In this document: positions 16,109 to 27,000 of the stretch, in pieces
Numbering within the stretch: the first letter of the stretch is position 1
Layout: each line of letters opens with the position of its first letter
Virus record (IMG/VR): IMGVR_UViG_3300021368_002414
Coordinates: 1-29,954 of that record
From: a virus
Taxonomy: Duplodnaviria; Caudoviricetes
Length of the DNA stretch: 29,954 bases
Reading direction: 5' to 3' (one strand)
The notes under the pieces: model-generated
Seen by the model: the letters and a program-made list of their open reading frames with translations, nothing else
Database searches by the model: none
What the model was told of the DNA's origin: nothing
Position numbers and translations under genes: made by a program

Positions 16109-16609
16109 CTATTGCCATTCAATAGTTATTACTTGTGTAGATACCACCCATTTGATTACATTTGTTGTACCAGCTCTTGTTGTAGAATAACTAAAACGAT
16201 TTGCTGCTCCTAGAGGTTCAATACTCCATGTTTGTCCTGCAGGAATGTCATCTTTAATGACAGTATTCATACTTGAGAGAACAGAAACATCTCCTGCGGA
16301 GTTTGCGTAAGCAACAGATTCAATCTTAGCTCCGTAGACAACTCCAGTTGGATTGACAGCAATAATATTGCCAGTAATAAAACTTAGAGTGTTGGAAGCA
16401 ATAGGAATTTGTGTACCAACATTATCTAACTGTAGTACAGCAGTATTAAGACCTCTCAAAATGTAATTCGTTGTACTACTATCAGTAAAATTACTGTTTT
16501 TAATCTCTAACGAATTAAAATCTTTACCATTTCTAAGTTCATCTACTACTGTGGTTTTGTCTATAGAAAATCCACCAGTAGAATCAAATTTTTCTAATTG
16601 AATTGCCAT
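16109..16609 (-). CDS. conserved virion structural protein (166 aa)
   Basis: Lies between two large fibre-like genes with a 1-nt gap to the upstream gene. Beta-rich composition ending in IKWVV..VITIEW. Confidence 0.7.
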   Translation of the reverse strand: MAIQLEKFDSTGGFSIDKTTVVDELRNGKDFNSLEIKNSNFTDSSTTNYILRGLNTAVLQLDNVGTQIPIASNTLSFITGNIIAVNPTGVVYGAKIESVAYANSAGDVSVLSSMNTVIKDDIPAGQTWSIEPLGAANRFSYSTTRAGTTNVIKWVVSTQVITIEWQ

Positions 16610-16610
16610 G

Positions 16611-19600
16611 TTACTTCTTAGTTATTTGAGATGTTAGAGTGATGTTGACAGCTTGTGTACTTCCAATGGCAGCACCAAGTTCAAAGTTAATCTTAACTTT
16701 ATTATCACCAGTCATTTCAAATGTTGGAATAATAAGTTGCTGACCAGTTCTGACATTACCATACTCTGTATGGAAAATGTCTGTTCCATTATCTATAACA
16801 CCAAACTCAATATATTCTTTTTCACCTGTTGTTGGATTGTCTGCAGTGACTACTGTTTTTGATCCAACCTCAACCGCTGGGTTGTAAATAATCTGACCAC
16901 CAGTATTTGTTGTTCCTTTAACTAAAGTTAGATCAGTTGTTCTTGTTGTAGTATCTGCAAGTTCAAACTCTGTAAGATCTCCATCAAAAACTTTAACACC
17001 ATTGAATGCTCCAGTTCCGAATGTAGTGTTGAAATAAACATCACCTTGATTATCAAGTCTCAATACTGGTTCAACATAAAGACCAGAAGAAAGACCTAGA
17101 TCAAAGTATTGTTTAGCGGAGTGTAAGAATGTAGTTGTTGCAGAAGTATTATCTAATGTAGTGGCCGCACTATCAAAAGTAATCAATGATGCGGTTACTT
17201 CCAATTCATCAGATGTCATTGATCTGATTGTATCCACAGCATAGAAATCTAATGCAGTGGTAGTTAGTTGAGCAGTGTTGTTACCATCATTGTAGAAATA
17301 CAAGATATTTTCATTTGCACCAGGTGAAGTCTCAGGAATAATATAAGTATTTTGATCAACGTCCTTAACACCACCTAGAGAACCCCAGTTAGTTCCATCA
17401 TAACCTTCAAACTGACCAGCATCTGTACTGAATCTAATACCACCTTGAATTGCAGATCCTCTATCTCCGTCAGCTCCAACTGGAACTGTTAGTGTAGTAT
17501 TGCAATTAATATCTACTCTCTTACCAGCATTAGGTTGTAAAACAAGATCACTAATATCTGTAGTAACTTTATTACCAAGAAGTCTTAAATCTCCACTAAT
17601 AACAAGAGGTGTAAATCCTAAAGGTGAAATTCTAACTTCTTCAATTTCTTCAAATGTAAGTGCAGCAACTGCAGATGCAAACCATTCTAGTTGTGCTGTT
17701 CCATTTGGTTGTGTTCCTGTTGTATGTGTTGGTTCACTACCACTAGTAGCAGTAGTTCCTTGTCCTCCATTAGGAACAACGTAAATATTATTTCTCCACT
17801 TTAAGTAATCTCCTTCATTTACAGGTTGGTTTGCAACAAATTCTGTATATGTTGGGGCTGTTGTATTTACAGATCTAATCTGTTTGACATTTACATATTC
17901 ATGCCAGTTAGGAGTAAATCTTTGAGTAACAATATTATCATTTACAAAATGTAATGTATTGTCATTAGCACCTACAGTTAGTTCTGCTAGAATATAAGTG
18001 TTACCATCTAAGTCACGAACACCACCAAGAGAAGACCAAGAAGAAGAATTGGAACTATAACCTTCATATTGATTTGTCTCGCTGTTAAATCTAATAGATC
18101 CATCTGTTGCTAAACCAGTAGGTCTTTCAGAGGAAGTACCAACTGGTAGAACAAATGCAGTGTTTGTGTTTACCTTTGCAAGTCTTCCTGCAAAAGGTGT
18201 CATTTCTAAATCATAGTTATTGATAGATTCAATATTAGCATCTTCAATCTTCAATGCATCATTTGAATTAAAGAGAGTGGTTGTTTTGACCTCACCAGTA
18301 GTTGTAATATTACCACTAGCATTGGCAACACTAGCATATGCTCCAAGTGCTACGTCACCAGCCAAATTAATACTCGTTCCTGCATTGATGTCCAAAGCAG
18401 CGGATGCATTGATGGTAGATAGTGAAATTATATTACCAGAAATGTTAGAAGCAGATAATGTGCTTGCTACTGTGGCATTGGTAAATTGTGCAGCTGGTGA
18501 TTGAATATCAAGACATGTAATCTTTCCAGTTTCAATATCAAGTTTAATTACGTCTGCAACTGTAACTTCTGCAAGTTCTGCTACAAATCCACTACCAAAT
18601 ACTCGTGGGTTGGTTGGATCAACTGTAATAACTCCTTCGTCACCATCTTCACCTCCCATATCAGGGTGGTTTTCACAATAATAATAGAGGGTTGATGGTG
18701 TAGCATCTGTAACCTTTACCTCAACATATGTTCCAGTTACAGTGATACCATCTGTATATTCTACTCCGTTAAATTTAATACTAAGATTACCAGTTATGGT
18801 TGGAGATGGTGATACACGAACTGAAGTTGCATTTATAACTTCTGTTACTACTGTTCCTTCTGCCAATTGACCAGGATCATTTCCTGTCTCCTCCACTGCC
18901 ATTCCAACTGAGATATTGGAAGTGCTTGTTACATTAATAGTATCATTGCCAGCGGTAACTGTTGTAGCTACAGGACCTACCTCTGCCCATTTTCCATCTG
19001 GAAATGTACTAAACTTAATCTCATGACTAGTCATTGAGGCATCAAGATTAAATCTATACCTCTCTCCAACATAGAATGTAAGATCTGGTGCGTAAGTATA
19101 ACTACCTAATGCAGGAGATATATAAAACTTACCTTCTGGTGCTCTAGCAACATTAATAGTGTATGTTGTGGTAGTTCCAACTTTTCTAATAGCATCTCCA
19201 TCAGAGAAAGATGCTCCAAGTAATAGAACATAATCAACATTACCACCAGTGGACTTAACAAATCCTACCTCAAATGCTGCACCACCTTCTCCACCACCGT
19301 CAATTTCCCATTCATCACCAACAGTAAAGACTGAAGAAGCAACTGTTCCTGTAAATGTTAAATGTTGTACAGCCTCAGACTTAACTGAATACTCAATAGG
19401 ATTGACAAGATCAGTTGATGCAACGGTTAATTGATCTCCAATAACATATCCTGTACCGCCGTCTGTAACTGTTAAAGTTTCTACTGCTCCAACAACATCA
19501 ATAGTATATGTAAATGCTGTTCCTCCAATACCCCACTTAGGTGTGAAGGTTAGATTTGCTTGATAATAAGGAGCTGTTGCAGGAGCATCAAGTTCAACAT

Positions 19601-20855
19601 CGTTAGCATCAATAATATTAATAATCTCAAGTCCGTCTGCAACAGTAGTATTTGATCCAGAAAGAACCTGTCCAACAACTAAGTTTGCTGTTCCGCCAGG
19701 AATTGTAATAATAGTTGGTGCAGTACTAGCAAATGTAATGTCAGCTGCTCCAGAAACACTAGCTGCTGTATCTACTTCTACTGTAGTTCCATTTGTAATA
19801 CTAACAACAGTAACAGTAGATCCAGATGGAAATTCTCCTACAGATCCACCTTGGTCTACTGCTAGAACCATGCCAGGTATAACTTCGTTAGTAGATGCAC
19901 CTAGAGTAACTGTTGTGCTACCAGAAGTTAAAGTACATCCATTAGAAATATGTGTACCACCAATATTAACATTGTTTGCTGTCGCTGCTACTGGTAGTGT
20001 CAGAACATTACCTGCAGTGTATCCTGCTGCCTTAGTAATGGCATCAAAACTTAAAACACCTGCGTCTGCAGTGACAGTAACCTCAAGACCACTACCACCG
20101 CCTCCACCAAGTAGAGCATCAGCAACTGTTATAACATCTCCATTCTCATACTGGTTGTTACCATTGTCTGCAACAGAAACGTTAGTGACTGCACCAGTAG
20201 AAACCTCAACGATAAGTTGAGCACCAGATCCATTACCAGATCCACTAACATTAGTAGCAGCTACACCAGAATAGAAACCATCAGTATAACCTGAACCAGC
20301 GTCAGATAGTGCTACTTCCAATCCAGTAACATTGAAGTCTACTGCTGCATCAGATCCACTACCACCTTGTAAAGGAACACCAGTAAATGTTCCTGCAGCA
20401 TATCCAGCACCGCTACCAGCTGTACCTCTAAAATAATCTACAAAGAATGTACCTACACCATTAGAACCAGAACCACCATTCAAAGGAACAAGAGGATAAG
20501 TTCCAAATTCGTATCCAGAACCACGAGTAAGATTAATTCCACCACTGAGAGGAATAGATCTTTTTCTTACAATCTCGTCTTTGTATAAAGTTAATTGAGT
20601 TTCCTCAACATCTAAAATATTTTTACTTCCTGAAACAAATGCAATGGTCTTAGAAGCTGGTCTATAGAAACCTAGAGAAGGTTCATTATTGAAGGCTAGT
20701 GATGGTAATGGTTTAGTTCCATCACCTAACTTTAAGATACCAGTAGATAGATCACTACCACCTGCTGTTACATTAAAAATCGCTGATGCGATCTGATTAA
20801 TTTTTACCCTTTGAGACTCAAAGGTATCGGTCTTTGCGACATTAATTGCTGGCAT
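16611..20855 (-). CDS. large virion structural / fibre protein (1414 aa) with a cupredoxin-like motif
   Basis: N-terminus MPAINVAKTDTFESQRVKINQI is a baseplate/fibre-type start. Contains GSGY repeats, TLYYYCENHPDMGG, two LPVG..R...G.IRF..WxSLGGV.D.D..TYI repeats and a carbohydrate-binding-module (CBM)-like segment. Confidence 0.85.
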   Translation of the reverse strand: MPAINVAKTDTFESQRVKINQIASAIFNVTAGGSDLSTGILKLGDGTKPLPSLAFNNEPSLGFYRPASKTIAFVSGSKNILDVEETQLTLYKDEIVRKRSIPLSGGINLTRGSGYEFGTYPLVPLNGGSGSNGVGTFFVDYFRGTAGSGAGYAAGTFTGVPLQGGSGSDAAVDFNVTGLEVALSDAGSGYTDGFYSGVAATNVSGSGNGSGAQLIVEVSTGAVTNVSVADNGNNQYENGDVITVADALLGGGGGSGLEVTVTADAGVLSFDAITKAAGYTAGNVLTLPVAATANNVNIGGTHISNGCTLTSGSTTVTLGASTNEVIPGMVLAVDQGGSVGEFPSGSTVTVVSITNGTTVEVDTAASVSGAADITFASTAPTIITIPGGTANLVVGQVLSGSNTTVADGLEIINIIDANDVELDAPATAPYYQANLTFTPKWGIGGTAFTYTIDVVGAVETLTVTDGGTGYVIGDQLTVASTDLVNPIEYSVKSEAVQHLTFTGTVASSVFTVGDEWEIDGGGEGGAAFEVGFVKSTGGNVDYVLLLGASFSDGDAIRKVGTTTTYTINVARAPEGKFYISPALGSYTYAPDLTFYVGERYRFNLDASMTSHEIKFSTFPDGKWAEVGPVATTVTAGNDTINVTSTSNISVGMAVEETGNDPGQLAEGTVVTEVINATSVRVSPSPTITGNLSIKFNGVEYTDGITVTGTYVEVKVTDATPSTLYYYCENHPDMGGEDGDEGVITVDPTNPRVFGSGFVAELAEVTVADVIKLDIETGKITCLDIQSPAAQFTNATVASTLSASNISGNIISLSTINASAALDINAGTSINLAGDVALGAYASVANASGNITTTGEVKTTTLFNSNDALKIEDANIESINNYDLEMTPFAGRLAKVNTNTAFVLPVGTSSERPTGLATDGSIRFNSETNQYEGYSSNSSSWSSLGGVRDLDGNTYILAELTVGANDNTLHFVNDNIVTQRFTPNWHEYVNVKQIRSVNTTAPTYTEFVANQPVNEGDYLKWRNNIYVVPNGGQGTTATSGSEPTHTTGTQPNGTAQLEWFASAVAALTFEEIEEVRISPLGFTPLVISGDLRLLGNKVTTDISDLVLQPNAGKRVDINCNTTLTVPVGADGDRGSAIQGGIRFSTDAGQFEGYDGTNWGSLGGVKDVDQNTYIIPETSPGANENILYFYNDGNNTAQLTTTALDFYAVDTIRSMTSDELEVTASLITFDSAATTLDNTSATTTFLHSAKQYFDLGLSSGLYVEPVLRLDNQGDVYFNTTFGTGAFNGVKVFDGDLTEFELADTTTRTTDLTLVKGTTNTGGQIIYNPAVEVGSKTVVTADNPTTGEKEYIEFGVIDNGTDIFHTEYGNVRTGQQLIIPTFEMTGDNKVKINFELGAAIGSTQAVNITLTSQITKK
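17285..18152 (-). repeat. two ~70-aa internal repeats in the 1414-aa protein
   Basis: VLPVGTSSERP..GSIRFNSETNQYEGY..WSSLGGVRDLDGNTYI..GANDNTLHFVND (~18152-17938) and TVPVGADGDR..GGIRFSTDAGQFEGY..WGSLGGVKDVDQNTYI..GANENILYFYND (~17489-17285). Confidence 0.85.
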
Positions 20856-21048
20856 TTTTTACTAACTCTCTAAGTAGTGATTTAATTTCAGAGATTTCAT
20901 TCTTCAACATATTTATGTCGTCTAACGCGGAACCTAGGTGTTTTGATTTGCGTCTTGCTTCAATAGCAGAATCATCCAAATTGATGATGGCACCAGTGTT
21001 TTGGTCTCTTACAAGACCATCATGTCCACTTACTTTGATATAGTCCAT
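20842..21048 (-). CDS. small conserved cyanophage protein (68 aa) with a C-terminal coiled coil
   Basis: KVxGH.GLVRD..TGAIIN motif followed by the heptad DINMLKNEISEIKSLLREL. This family typically follows the VrlC-like gene. Confidence 0.8.
   Translation of the reverse strand: MDYIKVSGHDGLVRDQNTGAIINLDDSAIEARRKSKHLGSALDDINMLKNEISEIKSLLRELVKNASN
20910..20916 (-). promoter_or_regulatory. possible late promoter ATAAATA inside the 68-aa gene, serving the 1414-aa gene
   Basis: Plus strand tatttat, 54 nt upstream of the ATG at 20855. Confidence 0.45.
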
Positions 21049-21057
21049 GCGCGGAAG

Positions 21058-24000
21058 TTAGAAAGATGCTACAGCTCTGATATCTTGGATCTTAGGAACG
21101 AACGCGGGATCCACTCCAAGCATTACAACTTTGATTGCAAAAGAAGAGAATTCTTCTAAATTAGACACACTATATTTCAAATCTTGATAGGAAGATTGTT
21201 TCTCAACAACACTAGAGATACTGTTTTCACTAGTAGCGATTTCAAGTACATCTGGTTGTCCATTGTCATTAAAGTATACCCAATCAATATCCTCAAAGTT
21301 TTCTTGACTAGATGCCTTCTTAAACTTGAACAGAACTTCAACGTTTTCAATCTCTTTGACATTTGCCATTAGATGCACATCAATAGATGTTGCTGGATTG
21401 TTAATAACAATTTCTTTAGTAACATACTTAGCAGCAGAAGAACTATTCTTAGAAGTATTCTCTGCTACAAAATCAATACCGTCTGCATAAGTTACCTTAC
21501 CAACTTCAAGATATGAATTTTCTGTCTCAGGTTGATTTGGATATTTAACAAAGTCTCCTACACGGAAGATATCAGCAATTTGTAAACTAATATCAGCATT
21601 TCTATTATAGACAGTGCTATCAATCAATCTGTCTGTGAAATTATCATTAATTGGTTGAATATCATTTCTCAAAGTCAACTCTTGATTTTGACTATCCCAA
21701 AGCACTACTCTACCTGTAATCTTATTGTCATAAGTTTGAGTCAATACATTAGGATTACGTGCTACAATAGTAGCAGCCTCGTCAATAGAGAAGAGAACTT
21801 GTGATGGATTAGATCCAATAACAACTGAAGTCAAACTAGTCTGATTAGATAGAGAAACTGTCTCTCCTTTCTGGAAGAATTGAGAAGTCTTAATTCTTAC
21901 ATACACAGTAGATCCATCAACTCTTGCGATGGTTCCTACAGTTTTAGATGTAGCACCTTGAATTGTTTGATCTTCTTGAATCTCAACACCACCTGAACCA
22001 GTTAGATCAAATGTATATACAGGGAAGAACTTAATGATTTGATCTCTTCTACCAAATCTATCTTCAGGACCTTTAGCATTTTCAATTCTGTTGCTTACTG
22101 TTTTAACAGTGGCACTTGAAAGATCAATAATGGGACTCAAATGAGACGAAGTAGACGAAAGAGACATCTTATATGTTAAAGACTCACTTAGATTATTAAG
22201 TGTCTCATTAATTTCAGAAGCCACAACTTTCTGGTTAGTGAAGTAATGTGGTTCATTCAAGAAAGTTCTTTCATATTCAGTTTGTGAATATGAAGTGTAG
22301 TTTGTAGTAGTAGAATCTACAGGAATAATATTTGTAGTCTTAACACTAACATCTAACTCAGTTCCAGTGAATGTTAGATAATGAATCTGTGGATATAGAG
22401 TTTCAAATTTTCTGTTGAAAGATGCATATGCAAGTTCTCCACCACCAATAGCGTTAGCAGCAGCTTGAGTAGGACTCTCAATATTATACATGTCAATACC
22501 AGAGTTCATTACTTTAAATAGATTGCTGTTGATAGTAGCAGCTGTAACACCACCAGTCTCTTGTACAGTTCTATAGAACACATAAGACTTGCCACTAGTT
22601 TCAAATCCATTGTCTCTATGATTAACTTTAACAACAGAGTTGTTATTTTTAAATAGTTTTGATGTGGCGTTGGAACCAGAACTTGCATTGGTCTCAAGAG
22701 GATTAGACTCAAGTAGTTCATAACCAAGATTATCATTTTTAAGTAATAGATTTGCTGGTCTACCAATATCAAATTCTGCTCTGTAAAGAGTAAACTTAAG
22801 ATCTTCAAAAATATCTTCAGTCCAACTTTCGGTATTCTGGGAACGGTATACCGAACCTAAACCTGGTTGAGTGGTAATGACCGTACTTGTAGCAATATCA
22901 GTTTCACCAAGTCTAGAAACCCAAAGCTCGTAGTCAGTAGAATCAGTTTCTACCACCAAAGCATATTCAGTATCATTTTGTAGATATACAGGATAATCAA
23001 ATGCAAAGTGTGTAGGTGTAGTTGAATTAGTTGCTTCACCAGCATCAATTGCTACACCCATTCTGACTGCAGGTGTATCAATGTCTAAGAAGGTTTGAAT
23101 TTCACATCCACCAGCACCACTTCCAACACCTTTAACAACAACAGATGGTGCTTCTGTGTATCCAATGCCAGGTAAAGAGATTTCTGCATTATAAATTTGA
23201 CCACCAGAAACTTCAATACTTGCTGTAGCAGTAGATCCGCCAGGTAATTGTGGACTCTCAATAGTAAGAATCGCACTGTCATAATTTTGACCAGGATTTG
23301 TAACTCTAACCTTAGATAGTTTTCCACTATCTTTTACAATTGATAATACAAAAGTTGTAGCATCTTTTGCATTTGCTTCAGTAACAGATGGAATAATTAG
23401 ATCTTCATTCTGTACAAAAGATTTACCATTATGATTACTGAGAACAACAGTGTAACATTGCTCATTAGTAAGACTATACTTACCAGATGCTGTAGCAACT
23501 AACTCTACATTGTTCTTATCAAAGATTTTAAGGATAGGACCTGAAGCAGATGATGACGCACCAGTCACACTTTCTCCTTGATATACTGCCATGTTTCCAC
23601 TTGCAGCACACTTAAGGAATGTATTAGGAGATAAAGTTTTCTCTGAGCCAGGAACAATATTTTTACCTGGTTTTTCAGCATCTACATTTGTAATATAAGT
23701 CTTGACTGGAATATTTGTACTCTTCTTATTAAAGTAAAGATCAGTACCAGTTACAAAACATCCACCATCTAGATTTTCAACCTTGAAAGTTTGTGCAAGA
23801 GGATTAGGTCTAATAGGATTATCAGTATTGCTTTCAATTAACTGAACACCTTCATTAGACTTGAAGTAAGATGGTTTTGTGGATACAATACTAGCAGGAT
23901 TTTCTGGAAGAAGACCAGTAGCATAATACTTAACTTCTGCATAACTATCAACAGTTTCTTTTGCTGCATTAGTTGAACTAGAAGTAAATCTAAATGTCAG

Positions 24001-27000
24001 AACACCAGACGTAATATTAATCTCTTCTGCAGATGTATCATAAGAAACAGTATCAATATCACCAGTCCATGTAGTATTTTCTAGTGGAGGAGATCCAGCA
24101 GGAACTAAGATAATACCACTAGCATTACCATACTCATCTGTAGTGATTTCTCCATTGAAAGAAGACAATGAATTACCAGCAATACCAGTAAATCTTAAAT
24201 CAGGGTTAACCCAACGTTGTACATTTCTACCTTCCAAGAATGCATAGATTCTTGTATTAGGTTTCATCCTTCTAATAATATATTTTACAGGAACACTTCT
24301 AGCAAAGAACTGCAATGAAGTAGAAACTAAACTTTCACCAACTGTCTTAGTTTGAATTCCTTTTCCTACCTCGTTATTTTGAGGACTGATATTAGATGTA
24401 CTTGCTACGGATGCACTAGCAACAGATGTAATGGCTTGTTGTGTATTAACTTCACCCAATGAATTGATAGCAGTAAATGAAGTAGATGTTCCTACCCAGT
24501 TAACAACGAATGAATTGAATAGACTAGAGAAACTTTCTTTTACATTATCTTTTGCTAAGAAGATTGTGAATAGATCAGTATTTGTATCTACAACTAATGG
24601 TTCTTCGCTCTGATCATACCAATGATCAACAGATGGAGATACTTCACTATCACCAACATATTGAAGAACAACAAATGGATTTGGATTTAGTGTTTTAGAT
24701 GCAAAATCATTACCTAATAATGAGAGTGGTGAATATGGTAGAGTCACCATATCTCCAGATTTTTGATATCCAGAAACTGCTCTTTGATCTTCTCTAACAT
24801 TAACTTCTGTTAGATCTACAGAATCTTCTTTAGACTGAGGACGTAGGACACTTTGCTGACTGTCCACTGCACACTTATAATCAAGAGATTGTAAGTTACC
24901 TACTTTATGTGCCTCAAAATTATCAACAAAGAAACCAGACTTAAATCTGTCTAGACCAATCTCATCCTTAACCTGCATATTGAGAGCTTGTTGCTCTAGG
25001 ATGCTAAGAGTAGTATAATACTCAAGTCTTTCAATACGCTTCTCTAACTTACCGATATCACGCATTGTGTAACGGCGGTTATCAACAGGAGTAATCCTTA
25101 CATCTTTACTGGTCTTTGTAAATGCAGGAATATATGCATAGAACAAAGGCACAGCATCATCAATAGGATCTGGTTTTGTTGGGTTTAGAGATGAATTACC
25201 TTCTTTAACTAGGAACTGACCTTTCTTATCTAAGAAAATACCATCAATACGATCTAGGTATTGAATCTGACTGAATGAGAAAGTATATTCTAGTCCAAGA
25301 TCTGGAGCAGGAGTGCTTGCTAGTACAGCACCAGCACCTGAGAAAGATCCCTCTGTAACTTCTAAGGATGACTTATCTAAGAAGCCAGGAATAATTGCAT
25401 TAGAATCAACCTTAGGTCTAAAGTCAATTACATTCTTAAGTTCAATGTTTCCAAGCACAGAAGAATTGAAAGTAGGAATCTCATCTTCAGGAACACCTGC
25501 TTCATGAATATAACTGTCAATAGTACAGAAATCTCCTTGAGATTGCTCAAAGTAATCAAAGGCAATTAGCAATTGACCTTCTGCTGCTTCAAAACCAGGT
25601 TTTAGAACAATACGAGAAACATCATATAAAGTATCTCTCTGTCCACTATCAAATGTATATCTATTAGTTACATCAGTACCAGAAATTAGATTACCAGAAG
25701 TGTCTGCAGAAGGTGGTTGAGAAGAAGTTCCTTCATAGACATATCTCAATTTAAACGCATCAGAATATGATAGAGTCTCTACAACATCTGTATCATAATC
25801 TTGTCCTCTAAATGGAACGTTACGATCACCAGCAGATGCAACAACAATTCTCTTATTTCTTACAACGGTCTTAAGTCTTGGCTTTGCGTTAGATACTTCT
25901 AGTGTTGCGGTTAATTTTAACTTAGGGAATGTTCCATTAGATGGAATAGTACCAAAGTAATTACTTGGTAAGTTAAGACTAATACTACCAGAAGTCAAAC
26001 CACTGCCAGTATCTGTAGATGAGGAAATTTCAACAGCATCATTCTCAACAAAAATGATGTCACCTTTAACAATGTTAGTAGCATCACCTTTATCAAGAAC
26101 AGTGATAACAAAATTACTTTCACTGAATGCAGCAAATCTTTGTGTGCCGAATGGCAACTGTGCAGCAAATGTAATTGTACCACCACCAGAAGATGCAGTA
26201 GTTACAAAATCTCTACGGAAATAATATTTGATCTTAGTATCTTCACCACCAGCAGAAATTTGAGATACCTGTTTGCTACCAGTTGAATATAATAGAGTAC
26301 CAGAATTAGTATTATCTACCTTAGCACGTAGACGCACAATACTAGTATTAGTTGCATCGCCAGGAAGAGCAGTGTCTAGATAAATTCTAGATTTAGATGA
26401 ACCTTCTTGTTTTGTTGCATATTGTACAATAGCACGAACTAGATTATTACTATCATCAGAGAATTGTACAAGATCACCTTGCTGCAATAAAATAGATGCA
26501 TCAGCACTGAAACTTGTGGACTCTACAAAATTATTTCCTTTAGAACCAAAGAAGGTGAAACTTGTTACAGATTTAATTTCTGCATCTGTTTGACTGTTTA
26601 CTACAACATCAGCGGAGAAAGTATTAGAGTTTCCAGAACCATAAGCACAACCAATAGACTTAACATTTTGTGGTGTATATGTAGTTACAGTATTTCTGAA
26701 CAATACAGGAACAACAGTAGCAGCTGCGGTTGGTGTGGCAGCACCATCAGGATTTTTAACAGTTACAGCTGGTGGTTGAGCGTATTCAACTTCTACAGCA
26801 CGTCTGTTTACAACAACCGCACCATAGATAGAACCACCATTAGTTCTCTTAACATCAATCTTTGATGCATCAAACTCCAATCCATTAATTAATAACGTAG
26901 CACCATCTGCATAACCAAGTCCTCTTGCATTAGTAACAAAGTGAGAAATAGTATTTTCTTTAGCAATTCTTACAGTGTTTCCTGCTTCATCTCTAATTGT

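Noticed and set aside
16051-16109. Possible long-range pairing in the fibre leader (GGTGC/GCACC; TTAATGC/GCGTTAG)
   Set aside because: The stems are short, wobble-rich and widely separated, so they are not convincing without folding or covariation analysis.
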